A DNA stretch of 64,000 bases from Anaerolineae bacterium (GTDB taxonomy: Bacteria > Chloroflexota > Anaerolineae > CAZYHC01). The translations under genes and the position numbers were made by a program. Of the stretch, positions 8,774 through 18,700 are shown one piece after another; position 1 is the stretch's first letter; each line of letters starts with the position of its first letter. The notes below the pieces were generated by a model, which did no database searches, had not been told where the DNA came from, and saw only the letters and a list, made by a program, of their open reading frames with translations. The stretch is from the NCBI GenBank assembly GCA_034417895.1, contig DAOULT010000061.1:22379-86378 (forward strand). Direction: 5' to 3'.

Positions 8774-8804
8774 ATGCCTCCCCTCCTTACATTCTTTGAC
8801 TAAA

Positions 8805-8833
8805 ATTATAACCTCAGATGGCCTGAATGTCAA
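8805..8833 (-). promoter_or_regulatory. Consensus promoter for rpsU (TTGACA-17-TATAAT on the minus strand)
   Basis: The minus strand reads cTTGACAttcaggccatctgaggtTATAAT, then the 5'UTR carrying AAGGAGG. Confidence 0.5.
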
Positions 8834-8901
8834 GTAGCCCGCCTTTGAAATCCCTGGATAAGCATCCAGGGGCTGGAGGTTATCTACAGGGGCGGGCTTG
8901 T

Positions 8902-10530
8902 CTATTCCGGGATTGGGGTTTCCTCCTCTGTCACGGGTGTCTCGTCAGCAGGCTGTTCCTCTTCCGGTAGGGGCGTCTCTTCATAATAGATTTCCTCATA
9001 GGGTTCCTCTTCTGGAGGCAGAAGAAGCTCTCCGGTGGGGCAGAAGGCCAGATCGCCATCTACCAGACAGTAATAAGACAGATTACCCTGGGCTAACAAC
9101 TTCAGAGTGGCGGCCAGGCCCTCCTCGGTGGAGGCCAGAACGATCAGCGCGTGGCGGCCTCCTTTCTCCTCCAGGTAGAGAAGGGCCGTACCGTTCATCT
9201 CCAACGGGCCGATGCCTTTTATCTCTATCTTGCCCACCTTCTTTTCTTCCTCTTCCTCGGCAGCCCCTTCTGTTTCGGGAGAAGGAGTCAGAGAAGGGGT
9301 CTTGGGGCTTTTCTCTTTGGGTTGCGCGGTGGCCGTCGCCGTCGCCGTTGCGGTGGCGGTCGTCGTTCCTGTCTCCTCTTTCTTTTCCTCGGGCGGGATG
9401 AGAGTGATGTGGCGGCTTGCCAGATAGCTGTCTACTGCTTCTGTCTCGCTGTAGAGACCGATGAAAAGTGTATCATGGCGGCGATCTTCTTTCTCCCTCA
9501 CGATAAGCTGTCGGTCGGCCTTCTCAAAAGTTTGTTGCAAGATGCTGCCCTGCTCTATGGCCGCGCTGCTAATGGGTTCGGGGCCAGCATATACCAGGTC
9601 TACCTCCTGGGCGAAGAAATAAGGGAAATCCTCCAGCGGATAGCGTCGCTCCGGCTCGGTCAGGAAATCGGCGATGTTGGAGATCAGTTGGTTGTTATCG
9701 TGGACGGTGTTATAAGGCTCGGTCATGAAGGTCAGGTCGGAAAGGGCCAGCACGTGGCCTCCCCCTCCCAGGACCGTGGCGGCCAGGTCGCCTTGTTGTT
9801 CGCTCAAGGAAGAGCGGGTGTCGTCGTCGCTGACGATCAGCTTATCCTGCTGAGAAGAGATGGAGTGAGCGGCGTAAAAGACCACCTTGTTCAGACTGGC
9901 GGTAAGAGGATGCGCGGTGGGGAAATCTTGCAGGATGATATTTTGATAGTTGCCTTCATTGCTGACCATGTTATACAGATAATCGTCCCCGAAAACGATG
10001 CCAAACACAGCCGCCAGGCTGTTCATGCTTAAAGCGTCGCTCCTCAGGTCAACGGCAAAGCCGTAATCGTCGTAAATGTAGGTGAACCTGGTGGGGTCAG
10101 TGACGAGCAGGAGCTTACCACCTTTTTCCACGAATTCTTCGAGCTGTTGGGTTTCATCGTCGGTAAAACTTTGGGCGGGAGCAATGACGACCATGGCGTT
10201 CGCGTATCTGAGTTTAGCAGCCAGGTCGTCATCTGCCTCCAGGAGATCGGCGCGGTAACCACGAGCCGCCAGTCTGGAGAGAAGGGTGTTAAGCTCGGTG
10301 CTGGTGTAATTGTTGGCGTGAGCCTGGTCGAAAAGGATAGCGCCCCGCCCTTCTTCGTAGCGGTCCACAAAGCTGCTCTTGATAGCGGTCGGCACTTCGA
10401 TGCTCTGCCAATCCGGTTGGGAAACGGCGGGCGCGGTATAACGTCCAGGATACTTGAGGATCACCCAGCGGCCCACCACCGGCAGTCCGACCAACAATAA
10501 AGCCAAGATAATTTTCCCTGCTGTTTTCAC
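8902..10530 (-). CDS. Membrane-anchored hypothetical protein (possibly DUF4350/GldG-like) with a Thr-Ala linker and an acidic Pro/Glu-rich C-terminal tail
   Basis: It has an N-terminal transmembrane segment (KIILALLLVGLPVVG), a (TA)n linker and a C-terminal EEEPYEEIYYEETPLPEEE tail. It overlaps sppA by 4 nt (operon). The family assignment is weak. Confidence 0.55.
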   Translation of the reverse strand: MKTAGKIILALLLVGLPVVGRWVILKYPGRYTAPAVSQPDWQSIEVPTAIKSSFVDRYEEGRGAILFDQAHANNYTSTELNTLLSRLAARGYRADLLEADDDLAAKLRYANAMVVIAPAQSFTDDETQQLEEFVEKGGKLLLVTDPTRFTYIYDDYGFAVDLRSDALSMNSLAAVFGIVFGDDYLYNMVSNEGNYQNIILQDFPTAHPLTASLNKVVFYAAHSISSQQDKLIVSDDDTRSSLSEQQGDLAATVLGGGGHVLALSDLTFMTEPYNTVHDNNQLISNIADFLTEPERRYPLEDFPYFFAQEVDLVYAGPEPISSAAIEQGSILQQTFEKADRQLIVREKEDRRHDTLFIGLYSETEAVDSYLASRHITLIPPEEKKEETGTTTATATATATATAQPKEKSPKTPSLTPSPETEGAAEEEEEKKVGKIEIKGIGPLEMNGTALLYLEEKGGRHALIVLASTEEGLAATLKLLAQGNLSYYCLVDGDLAFCPTGELLLPPEEEPYEEIYYEETPLPEEEQPADETPVTEEETPIPE

Positions 10531-11384
10531 TTTATAACCCTTTCCTTGAGACCCAGATATAAGTAATAGATGCCCGGCGGCAACTCACTGTCCAGGCGTT
10601 GTCCTTTATTGCTCACGCCCGCATCCGGCCACAGGTCTATAGGGGAGACGCGACCGATCTCCACCACCTGGTAGGTGGTCAACCCGGCCTGGCTGGCCGC
10701 CTTCTCCACCGCATCGGAGATCGAGCCTAGAGAGTCGATCAGCCCCAGATCAAGGGCGCGCATCCCGATGTAAGCCTCTCCCTGGGATAGAGTCTGCCGA
10801 TCCACTTTCAACCGTTCTCCGCGACGGGTGGTGACCGCTTCCAGAAAGCCTTCTTTGGACATTTCCATCTGCCGGATATAGCTATCGCGAGAGGCCCCGA
10901 CAAACTTGAAAGGGCCAGTGAAGAGCAGATCCTCATCCGCGAAACTGGGCGAGGGCAGGAACGAAATCACCCCAATATTGCCCACCAGAGAAGAAGGTTT
11001 GGCATAGATGAAATCAGCAGCCACGGCCATGTAGTAAGCGCCACTGGCGGCCATGCCATCCACCGAAGCCACCACCGGTTTGGCCCCGCGCAGGTTGAGC
11101 ACCTCGTAATAAAGGCTTTCGCTGGCTGCCACCTCGCCGCCGGGACTGTCGATCTCCAGCACCACGGCTTTGATGGTATCGTCCTTTTTGGCTTTGGTCA
11201 GCAGGTTAATAGCGGTGTTCACATTCAAGCTCCATATCTCGTCCTGGATGCGGATGATCCCTATCTTGGGCTTCGGCACCACCACCAGAGAGAGAAGATA
11301 ACCAGCCGCCAGGGGCAACAAGACCCATAGAATGATGAACCCGACTGAAAGACGAAAAGAGCCACCCCGATCATTAGAGTTCAT
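10527..11384 (-). CDS. sppA: Signal peptide peptidase SppA (36K type)
   Basis: IDSPGGEVAASESLYYEV ... ASVDGMAASGAYYMAVAADFIYA, with the catalytic Ser region and an N-terminal transmembrane segment. Confidence 0.85.
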   Translation of the reverse strand: MNSNDRGGSFRLSVGFIILWVLLPLAAGYLLSLVVVPKPKIGIIRIQDEIWSLNVNTAINLLTKAKKDDTIKAVVLEIDSPGGEVAASESLYYEVLNLRGAKPVVASVDGMAASGAYYMAVAADFIYAKPSSLVGNIGVISFLPSPSFADEDLLFTGPFKFVGASRDSYIRQMEMSKEGFLEAVTTRRGERLKVDRQTLSQGEAYIGMRALDLGLIDSLGSISDAVEKAASQAGLTTYQVVEIGRVSPIDLWPDAGVSNKGQRLDSELPPGIYYLYLGLKERVIK

Positions 11385-11501
11385 TATTTTTCCAGCCTCC
11401 CACCTGAACTGAATTTCTCATTATTAGTATATCACAAGTGGTCAGGTTTATCAAATAGCAGGTTTTCATGGGGGACAGCTAAAAGCGCCAGGCCCCTGGT
11501 A

Positions 11502-11534
11502 CAAAAAAGGGCGAGGCTCTTGCGAACCTCGCCC
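11502..11534 (-). terminator. Intrinsic terminator after the M4 protease gene; a member of the conserved 3' element family
   Basis: The minus strand reads GCTGCTCCAAACATCCAACGGGCGAGG-ttcgcaaga-GCCTCGCCC TTTTTTGT. Confidence 0.55.
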
Positions 11535-11567
11535 GTTGGATGTTTGGAGCAGAGTTGTGTCCAGCTC

Positions 11568-14500
11568 TCACTTTCGGATAAGGGGCAGATTAACAGAGGG
11601 CTGCCGCACCGTAGTGGTGACCGGGCTGCCCATAGTAGGAGTCACTCCTACGACGTTTGTTATCACCGCCCCGTAGTCGTCGTTAGTGATGAGCGTCCCA
11701 GGGGCTGCATTTTTGTCCACCGTGATCGCGAAGGTCAGGGTGATGCTCTCGGTCGGGCTGATTTCCAGGCCCGACCAGGCCACTGTGTTTGTGGCACTGA
11801 TAAACGTACCACCCTGCCCGATGCTGGCGCAGCAGGTGCTGTTCGCTGGCACGGTATCGGTCACCTGGACGTTGTATTCAGGGATGGTAGGGATGGTGGG
11901 GACGGTTTGTTGCTCAGAAACCTGGCCCGGCCCCGCCCAGCCGTCTGCCAGTCCGCCCGTTGTAGCTCCGCTCGTGGCGGTGAGGACGATGGTGTAGTTG
12001 AGCACCCCGCCCGGAGCCACCGGGTCAGGAGAGTCGCTCTTGCTGATGTCCAGGGATAGGGGGGGCATGACCATAGTGGTCACCGCCGGCCCCCAGACTG
12101 GAGTGGGCACCTGCTCGCAGCATACGCCGCAGATAGTGTTGACGATGGCCTGGCCGCCGGCTAAACTGGAGATGGTCACTGTAAACACGCGATTGATGGA
12201 TGCTCCGCTGGGCAGGCTGGCTACGTTCCAGGTCACGATTCCGTCTGACTCTGTGCCTCCATCGCTGGCCGAGTCGAAGCTGGTGTTAGCGGGTACGGCG
12301 TCGGTGATGACCAGGTTCGAGGCCGGACTCGGGCCGGAGTTGGTGATGGTCAGGGTGTAGGTCAGCAGACTGCCGGCCAGAATCGGGCCCGGTTCCCCGG
12401 CCTTGTAGATGCACAGGCATGGCGGGGGAATGACCGTAGTGGTCACTGCCGTGCCCCAGGTTACAGTGGGCACCTGGTCGCAGCGCACGCCGTAGGTGGT
12501 GTTGGTGATGACCTGGCCGGCGGCTAAACTGGAGATGGTCACCGCAAATGTGCGAGTGATAGATGCCCCACCAGCCAGGCTGGACACCGTCCAGCTTACC
12601 ACATTGCCTGCTGCCAGCGTGCCTCCATCGCTGGCTGAGACGAAGCCTGTGTCAGCGGGCAAAGTGTCGGTGATGACCAGACTGGAGGCCGCGCCCGCGC
12701 CGGAGTTGGCGATGGTCAGGGTGTAGGTCAGCAGGCCACCGGCCTGGACCGGGTCCGGGTTATCGACCTTGGCGATGCTCAAGGATGGCGGGATCTCGCA
12801 AGTGCAGATGCGGAAATCGTCAATGAACCAGCCGTAAGCATCAGCCGAGCTGTCGGTGCCGATGCGGAAGCGGAAGCGCACGTTCTCCCCGGCCAGCATG
12901 CTCAGGTTAAGACGGCTGGAGATGTAGCCGTTGCTTTCCTGGCCAAAGGCCTGTCGCCCACCCAGCGGGTTGCCATAGCCAGTGTAGATGGTTCCCCTGT
13001 AGCCGTTGTGAGTGATCAACGACCCGGCGTCTTGCCACGAGGTGCCGCCATCGGTGCTGTACTCGATCACGCCGCCATCATACATGGTTGTTGCATAATC
13101 TTCGAAGGCGTAGGCGTGGTTGAAGTGCAGGTAGGGCGTGCTTCCGGCTGGCAGGGCCACGTCTGAGGTCATGGCTATGTAGTAGTCGGCGACACTGGGT
13201 TGGTTGTAGCCCCAGAGGTTGTAGACGCCGCTGGTGGCGTAGGTGGCATCGAAGCCGTAGGGATTGGCTGTCTGGGGATAGTACCACTCATCGACTCCGA
13301 CCAGCGCCGCATGAGCCCAGTTGCCGCTGGCTGTGTTCTCCATATCATCAAAGAACAGATTGTTGGGCGACTGTCCGATGGGGCAGATGGAAGACTCGGT
13401 CGCCTGGCATGATGACGGCTGTAGGTTCATCTCCGTGGCGTCCACCGCATCCTTTACCTCCTGGCAATCGGCGGCGGTGATGCCGCTGGTGCCGATCAGG
13501 TTGGTGCACGCCTGTTGCAGGCCGTTGTACAGATCGTTGTAGTCGGCGGCCGAGGTGAACATGTTGGCCTGCACTTCGTAGAAGATCTTGGCTGTTTTGT
13601 CAATGCCGATACCGGCGACGGTGTAGCCGTTGAAGATGTCGCCGTCCACCATCAGGTAGGCGGCTTTGCTGCCGACGCCCATGTTGGTATGCACGCCGCC
13701 GTTGTCCCCTTCGCCACAGTAGTAATAGGTGCTGCCCATTCTATCCGGGTCGCCATGGGCCGGTGGGTTGCTCATGTCGCGGATGGCGCCAATGGGCAGG
13801 TCCTCACCCATCTGCCAGCGGTCGGCCGGCATGTCACTGCCTGCCCCGTTGGTCAGGTCAACGAACTCGCCCCATATATCGGAGAAAGCTTCGTTGACAG
13901 CGCCAGACTGCATGTAGTAGAACAGATGCGAGGCATACTCGGTGACGCCGTGGGTCATCTCGTGGGCCACCACGTCGTCGGCCGCAGCGTAGCCCTCACC
14001 GTAGACCATTTGCTGGCCGTTCCAGAAGGCATTGGCGAAGGGGCAACTGCCTGCGTCCGGGCAGTAGCGCACAGTTTGAGTGAGGGTCATACCGGCGTTG
14101 TCGAGGCTATCCCGGTCATGCGTGTTGTAGTAGAAATCGTACGTGTCGCCGCCGTAATCGTAGGCGTCGTCCGCATCCGGTACACCGGTCGCTGGCCCTC
14201 CCTCGGTACGGACCGGGCCGGTACCAGGCAGACCTGCGGTCCAGTCGTTGTTATTGTCGTAGATCACGCGGTTTCTGGCCACGTCGATCTGGTTGAAGTG
14301 CAGAGCGACCGCCCCGGTGTGGGCATCTATCAGGACCAGTTCGCGGACGGGTTGTAGCTCCACCGGAGTCACTTCCATCCGCCAGACCAGGGCGCTCAGG
14401 TTGAAGCTCGGTCCGAGCAGGATCGGGCTGTAGATCCACAGTTCCGGCTGGCTCACCGTGAGGTCGCCGGCGTTGAGGTCATAGTATTTGGTCACCAGAC

Positions 14501-15041
14501 CACGCGCCAGTTCACGAGCGGTACTTGCCTCCAGCCGGGGGGTGGTGTTCACTTTCAGACCGGGCAGAATCTCCCCGCCGGCGGAGATGACGTTCTTTTC
14601 GGCATCCATCTGGACGATCAGTTCGCCGCCCACCACCGGGATACCCTGATAAACCTGCTGGAAACGGACAAAGGAACGGCCCCGGTCGGCCGATGTGACG
14701 CGCATTACCGTTAGCTCCTGAGCCTGGTCGGTCAGGCCGAAAAGCGGGCCGTAAGTTTCCAGAAACCGCCGGGCGGCCTGCTCTGGAGGGTCTCCCCCTT
14801 GAGGGATGGGGTGGGCCAGGTCGGTGCCGATGAACCGGACCCGGCCGGTTTGGGCGTGATAGGCAATGCTTGCCCGGCCGCCTGTTGCCCGCTGCAACTG
14901 GTCAATCAGGCTTGCGTCTGCGGGAGTTGGCGTTGGTGCCTGAGCAGGGGGGGCGGCTTGTGCGGTGACGAGAAAACCGGGAGAAAGGATCAACAAACTG
15001 AAGCAAACGACAATAGATAGAAAGCGCATTATCAATGACAT
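11568..15041 (-). CDS. Secreted M4 (thermolysin-family) zinc metalloprotease with a propeptide and C-terminal DUF11 repeat domains
   Basis: The ribosome-binding site AAGGAGGAGG precedes the ATG at 15041. It has a signal peptide, the HEXXH motif VVAHEMTHGV and the downstream GAVNEAFSD motif. There are at least three DUF11-type repeats (DNPDPVQAGGLLTYTLTI...). The C-terminus ends in PLIRK. Confidence 0.85.
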   Translation of the reverse strand: MSLIMRFLSIVVCFSLLILSPGFLVTAQAAPPAQAPTPTPADASLIDQLQRATGGRASIAYHAQTGRVRFIGTDLAHPIPQGGDPPEQAARRFLETYGPLFGLTDQAQELTVMRVTSADRGRSFVRFQQVYQGIPVVGGELIVQMDAEKNVISAGGEILPGLKVNTTPRLEASTARELARGLVTKYYDLNAGDLTVSQPELWIYSPILLGPSFNLSALVWRMEVTPVELQPVRELVLIDAHTGAVALHFNQIDVARNRVIYDNNNDWTAGLPGTGPVRTEGGPATGVPDADDAYDYGGDTYDFYYNTHDRDSLDNAGMTLTQTVRYCPDAGSCPFANAFWNGQQMVYGEGYAAADDVVAHEMTHGVTEYASHLFYYMQSGAVNEAFSDIWGEFVDLTNGAGSDMPADRWQMGEDLPIGAIRDMSNPPAHGDPDRMGSTYYYCGEGDNGGVHTNMGVGSKAAYLMVDGDIFNGYTVAGIGIDKTAKIFYEVQANMFTSAADYNDLYNGLQQACTNLIGTSGITAADCQEVKDAVDATEMNLQPSSCQATESSICPIGQSPNNLFFDDMENTASGNWAHAALVGVDEWYYPQTANPYGFDATYATSGVYNLWGYNQPSVADYYIAMTSDVALPAGSTPYLHFNHAYAFEDYATTMYDGGVIEYSTDGGTSWQDAGSLITHNGYRGTIYTGYGNPLGGRQAFGQESNGYISSRLNLSMLAGENVRFRFRIGTDSSADAYGWFIDDFRICTCEIPPSLSIAKVDNPDPVQAGGLLTYTLTIANSGAGAASSLVITDTLPADTGFVSASDGGTLAAGNVVSWTVSSLAGGASITRTFAVTISSLAAGQVITNTTYGVRCDQVPTVTWGTAVTTTVIPPPCLCIYKAGEPGPILAGSLLTYTLTITNSGPSPASNLVITDAVPANTSFDSASDGGTESDGIVTWNVASLPSGASINRVFTVTISSLAGGQAIVNTICGVCCEQVPTPVWGPAVTTMVMPPLSLDISKSDSPDPVAPGGVLNYTIVLTATSGATTGGLADGWAGPGQVSEQQTVPTIPTIPEYNVQVTDTVPANSTCCASIGQGGTFISATNTVAWSGLEISPTESITLTFAITVDKNAAPGTLITNDDYGAVITNVVGVTPTMGSPVTTTVRQPSVNLPLIRK

Positions 15042-15639
15042 GATGTTCCTCCTCCTTTTAATCTAAGGTAGATGATTTTCAAATTTAACTACGACCTGTA
15101 TTCTTATTATAAATCACCTCCTTATCCTGCATGGCAATGCCGTTAACTTGAGGGCCAAGGCGATGAAAACAACAGCCTGACCGCATCCGAAAATCCAAAT
15201 AGATAGCCGTGGAGACAGATTGCCTCTCCACATTCTCGTTGAATCTGGCGCAGCAAGCGAACAGGCGAGACGATATTGTCACCTGGTCTTTAGGCCAATT
15301 CTTAAATTAATGAGATCATATTATCGTCGATGTTCTTTGGGAGATTAGAAGATATTTTGTGGAGTAATTGTAAGACAGAGGAGGTATAATGTGCATTGAG
15401 GTTATGATGTGGCAGAACACAGAGTAGAACGGACAACAAAGCTCTATGCTCGATATAGCTCAAGTGATGGGTACTAGAACAACAGGTCTTCAGAGCCTTT
15501 TAGTACCGCGAAGTTACCAGCGTCGAAAAGAGAGTTTAGCAAATTCCTTTCGTTAGCTTGTTACTAAAATTATAAACCGTCCCCCCTTCAAAGTCAAGAG
15601 CTACAACCTTAAAATTTTGCCTAATTGCCCATTATTAAT

Positions 15640-15713
15640 ATTATACCACAAAAAGGTTATTTTTGGGTAAAGATCAGGTTAAAATTTGGTAAAAAATTTC
15701 AGAACGTATGTTC
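15640..15713 (-). promoter_or_regulatory. Promoter cassette copy B (minus strand) with the GAACgtatGTTC palindrome, located about 600 nt upstream of the protease start
   Basis: The reverse complement reads GTTCTGAAATTTTTTACCaaatTTTAACCtgatcTTTACCcaaaaaTAACCtttttGTGGTATAAT. It is about 85% identical to the copy at 1214-1295. Confidence 0.4.
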
Positions 15714-15728
15714 TAAACATGCTCAATG

Positions 15729-15768
15729 CGCAAACAAACAAAAAGCCCCCGGCCTTAACCGGAGGCTT
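15729..15768 (-). terminator. Intrinsic terminator of the alpha-2-macroglobulin gene
   Basis: The minus strand reads AAGCCTCCGG-ttaagg-CCGGGGGCTT followed by TTTTGTTTGTTTG. Confidence 0.5.
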
Positions 15769-15798
15769 CGTTTGCGCAACAGAACTATTCAAATGGTG

Positions 15799-18700
15799 CT
15801 ATTCGGAGATGGTGAACAGCCGCCCGTCGGAGCGGCCAAACACCTCCGGGAAATACATCTCGTTGGCGAAGGTGGGGATCACCCGGTATTCGCCCGGCAG
15901 GGTGGCGCGGAAGGTGTAGACGTATTCGTAGCTGCCGGCCGGCAGGTAATCGGCGAAGAGCACCATCTTCTCGTCGCGCATCTCGTAGCGGCTGTACCAG
16001 CGCCACCACCACCAGTAGAACTCCCGCCACCGCTCGTTCTGGGATTGGCGGTAGAGGTGAGGATCCCGCTCCAGCAGGCTGGTGGTCGCCAGGCTGGGGT
16101 CGATGGCCTCCGCCCCGGCCGGCAGCGGATCCTCGACGACCACGTAATACAGGTCGTGAGGAGCCACGATGGTCAGCTTGACCTGGATCACGTCGTCGAC
16201 TTTGGCACTGTCCACCTCTTCGCACTCCTTCCCCACGGCGCAGTCGGCCCTGGTGTACTGGCGGTAGACGATGATGCCCCGGTTGATGGGTTCGATGTCC
16301 TCCACGGGCAGGTAGATTTTCAGGTGAGCGGTGTAGTACAGGCGGCCCGGCCCTTCGTAGCGGCCAATGTCCAGTCGGTTGCCCTGGTCACGCAGCAGCT
16401 CGGCCACCGCCACCCGCAGCTTTATGCTCTGGTCCACGTTTTCGGCGTTCACCGCGCCAGAGGCCAGCTCTTCATCGTTGAGGGCGGCGAAGTACTCGTA
16501 CTGGCCCTGAAGCTCGCCGGTTACCACCATCCAGTCGGTCAGGGCGATCAGCGCCCAGGCCGTCTCCTGCGTGGTCTCCCAGATGCCATCCCGCCGGGCG
16601 ACCATCAGCCAGCGCACCACGTTGGGGATCAGGTCGTTGTCCGGATCCAGTTTAGCCAGGGCGTCCAGGATGATGGCCGTAGAACGGGTATCGGTGTTCA
16701 TGGCCCACCAGTCGTAGTGGGCTTCTTCCCAGTGGGCGCCGGTGGCGCTCAGGATGGCGGCGTTGTTGAGGTCGCTCAGGAGGGTGGGGAGGCGGTCATC
16801 GTTGGGGTTAATCAGGTCCAGGGTCATAGCCAGCAAAGCTCGACCGTAGTGAGATAGCTTCTCGCGATTCTCTAACAGGTCGCCGGTGTACTCACTGGCC
16901 CAGGCCGCATTTCCAGCCTCGGCCATAACGTAGAGGATGAACGCCTGACGGTTGGCCTGGCGATAGCCTTTCAGTTCGCGGCTGGTGACCAGTTGACCGA
17001 ACAGGTATTCCAGCCCCCTGGTGATGACCTCTTCCCTCACCTCGAAGCCGGCCTCGCGGGCTTTGTCCATCCCCAGGATTACGTAAGCGGTCAGGTGCGG
17101 GTTGCTGCTGGTGCTTCTGTACCACCACCCCCAGCCGCCATCGTCGTGCTGCATGAGATAGAGCTTGTTCAAGGCCGTCTCCACCAGGTCGGGCAGTATC
17201 TCCTCCAGGTCAGGCCGTTCGATGCCCAACTCACGCAGGGCGCGGTAGGTGAGCACGTTGGGCAGGAACCTGGACACCACCTGCTCGGAACATTCGTAGG
17301 GGAAGTGTTCCAGGTATTTCAGCCCGTCCTGCATCCCCGCGGCCAGAGAGGGATCGAGTTGGATCGTCAACTGACCCTGGCGTTCGTCGTAGCGGGGCGG
17401 CAGGGCTATCACTTCGGTGCGGGTGCCCTGCTCCACCAATTGTCCGCCGGTGCCGACCACCTCCGGGGCAGAGTAGCGATAGACCAGGAGCGTGCCCTCC
17501 GGGCCGGTGGTCAGCCGCGGACGGGCGGCGTCGCTGTATTCCCCGCACACGGCGCTGAAGATCAACTCAGCTTCCTCCACGTCGAGGACGGTCACGTCCC
17601 AGGTCACTTTAGCCTCCCCACCAGCCGGGATGTTGACGGTCTGTTCGGCGTCGCTGTGCAGCTTCAGGCCGCTGGAGCTGAGGGCCACCACGACGTCAAG
17701 GGCCTGGTCGGCGTTGTTGTTGACCAGGGCTGCCAGTTCGGCCCGGTCGTCTACCACGAAGAAGCGAGGGGTGACGGGGCGAACCAGCAGCGGCTTGGTG
17801 ACCAGAATCTCAGAAGTGGCCTCCCCGACCTGGGTGTTGGCGGTGACGGCCACGCCCCGGCATACCCAGGTGGTCAGGTTATCGGGCAGCGGGATCTCGA
17901 CGCTGGCCTGGCCGCTCCGGTCGGTGACTACGGTGGCGTTCCAGTAGGCGGTGTCGGCGAACTCTTCGCGCAGCTCCACTCCCGGCGGAGGCGCGGCCTG
18001 CTTCTCCTCAGCGAATTCCTCGTCTGCCGCCATCCCAGGCGTCATGGTAGCCGCTGGCGCAGGAGGAACCTCCCCCAGCATCATCCCTTCTTCTGCCCCT
18101 CTGGCGTGTTTGTCATACTCTTCGCCCCGCTCTTTGAGTTGTTCCAGCACCAGGCGGTTTATGGAGATAGCCAGGCCGCTGGAAGTGCTTACCCCCAGGC
18201 CCCGCTGGCCGTAGAAAGTGTTGACGATGGCCTCTGGCGGGCGGGGCGAAAGAGTCAGGATAGCTTTATCGACCAGGTCGAGGGAGAAGGCCGCCGCCAC
18301 CGGCTCTCCGGTATGATCGGTGGCCCGCACCTGGTAAGTCACGGTGTCGCCTGGCCCGGCCTTCTCCACGCTGGGGGTCAGGGTGATGGTCAGCTTTTGC
18401 GGCTCAGGATCGACGCTAAAGGCGGCGTAACCGACTTTGTAGTTAGCCACCGGGTTGTCTTCGTCCTGGCCCTTGACGATGACGGCTGAGACGTAGACGT
18501 TGGGCACGTGATCGAGGGTGATGGGCAGCTCGTAGACCTGGCTGTTGCTTTCCAGTTGGAGCACTTCACGATGGATGATGTTGCCCCGCTCGACAGTGAT
18601 CAGAGCATAGTGCTCGCCCTGGAAGGGAGAGGGGATCAGGATTTCAGCCGTCTCTCCCACGGTATAGCTGCCCTTGTCGGCGATGAGGTTGATGCGGTCG

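Noticed and set aside
9326-9362. (GCCGTC)n-like hexanucleotide microsatellite
   Set aside because: It lies inside the CDS 8902..10530 and simply encodes a Thr-Ala linker (TATATATATATA). It may vary in length but is not a separate feature.
15379-15430. Tiny 12-codon ORF (MCIEVMMWQNTE) preceded by GAGGAGG on the plus strand in the AT-rich intergenic region
   Set aside because: It is too short. The ribosome-binding site to ATG spacing is only 4 nt and nothing lies downstream on that strand. It is more likely chance or part of a minus-strand leader.
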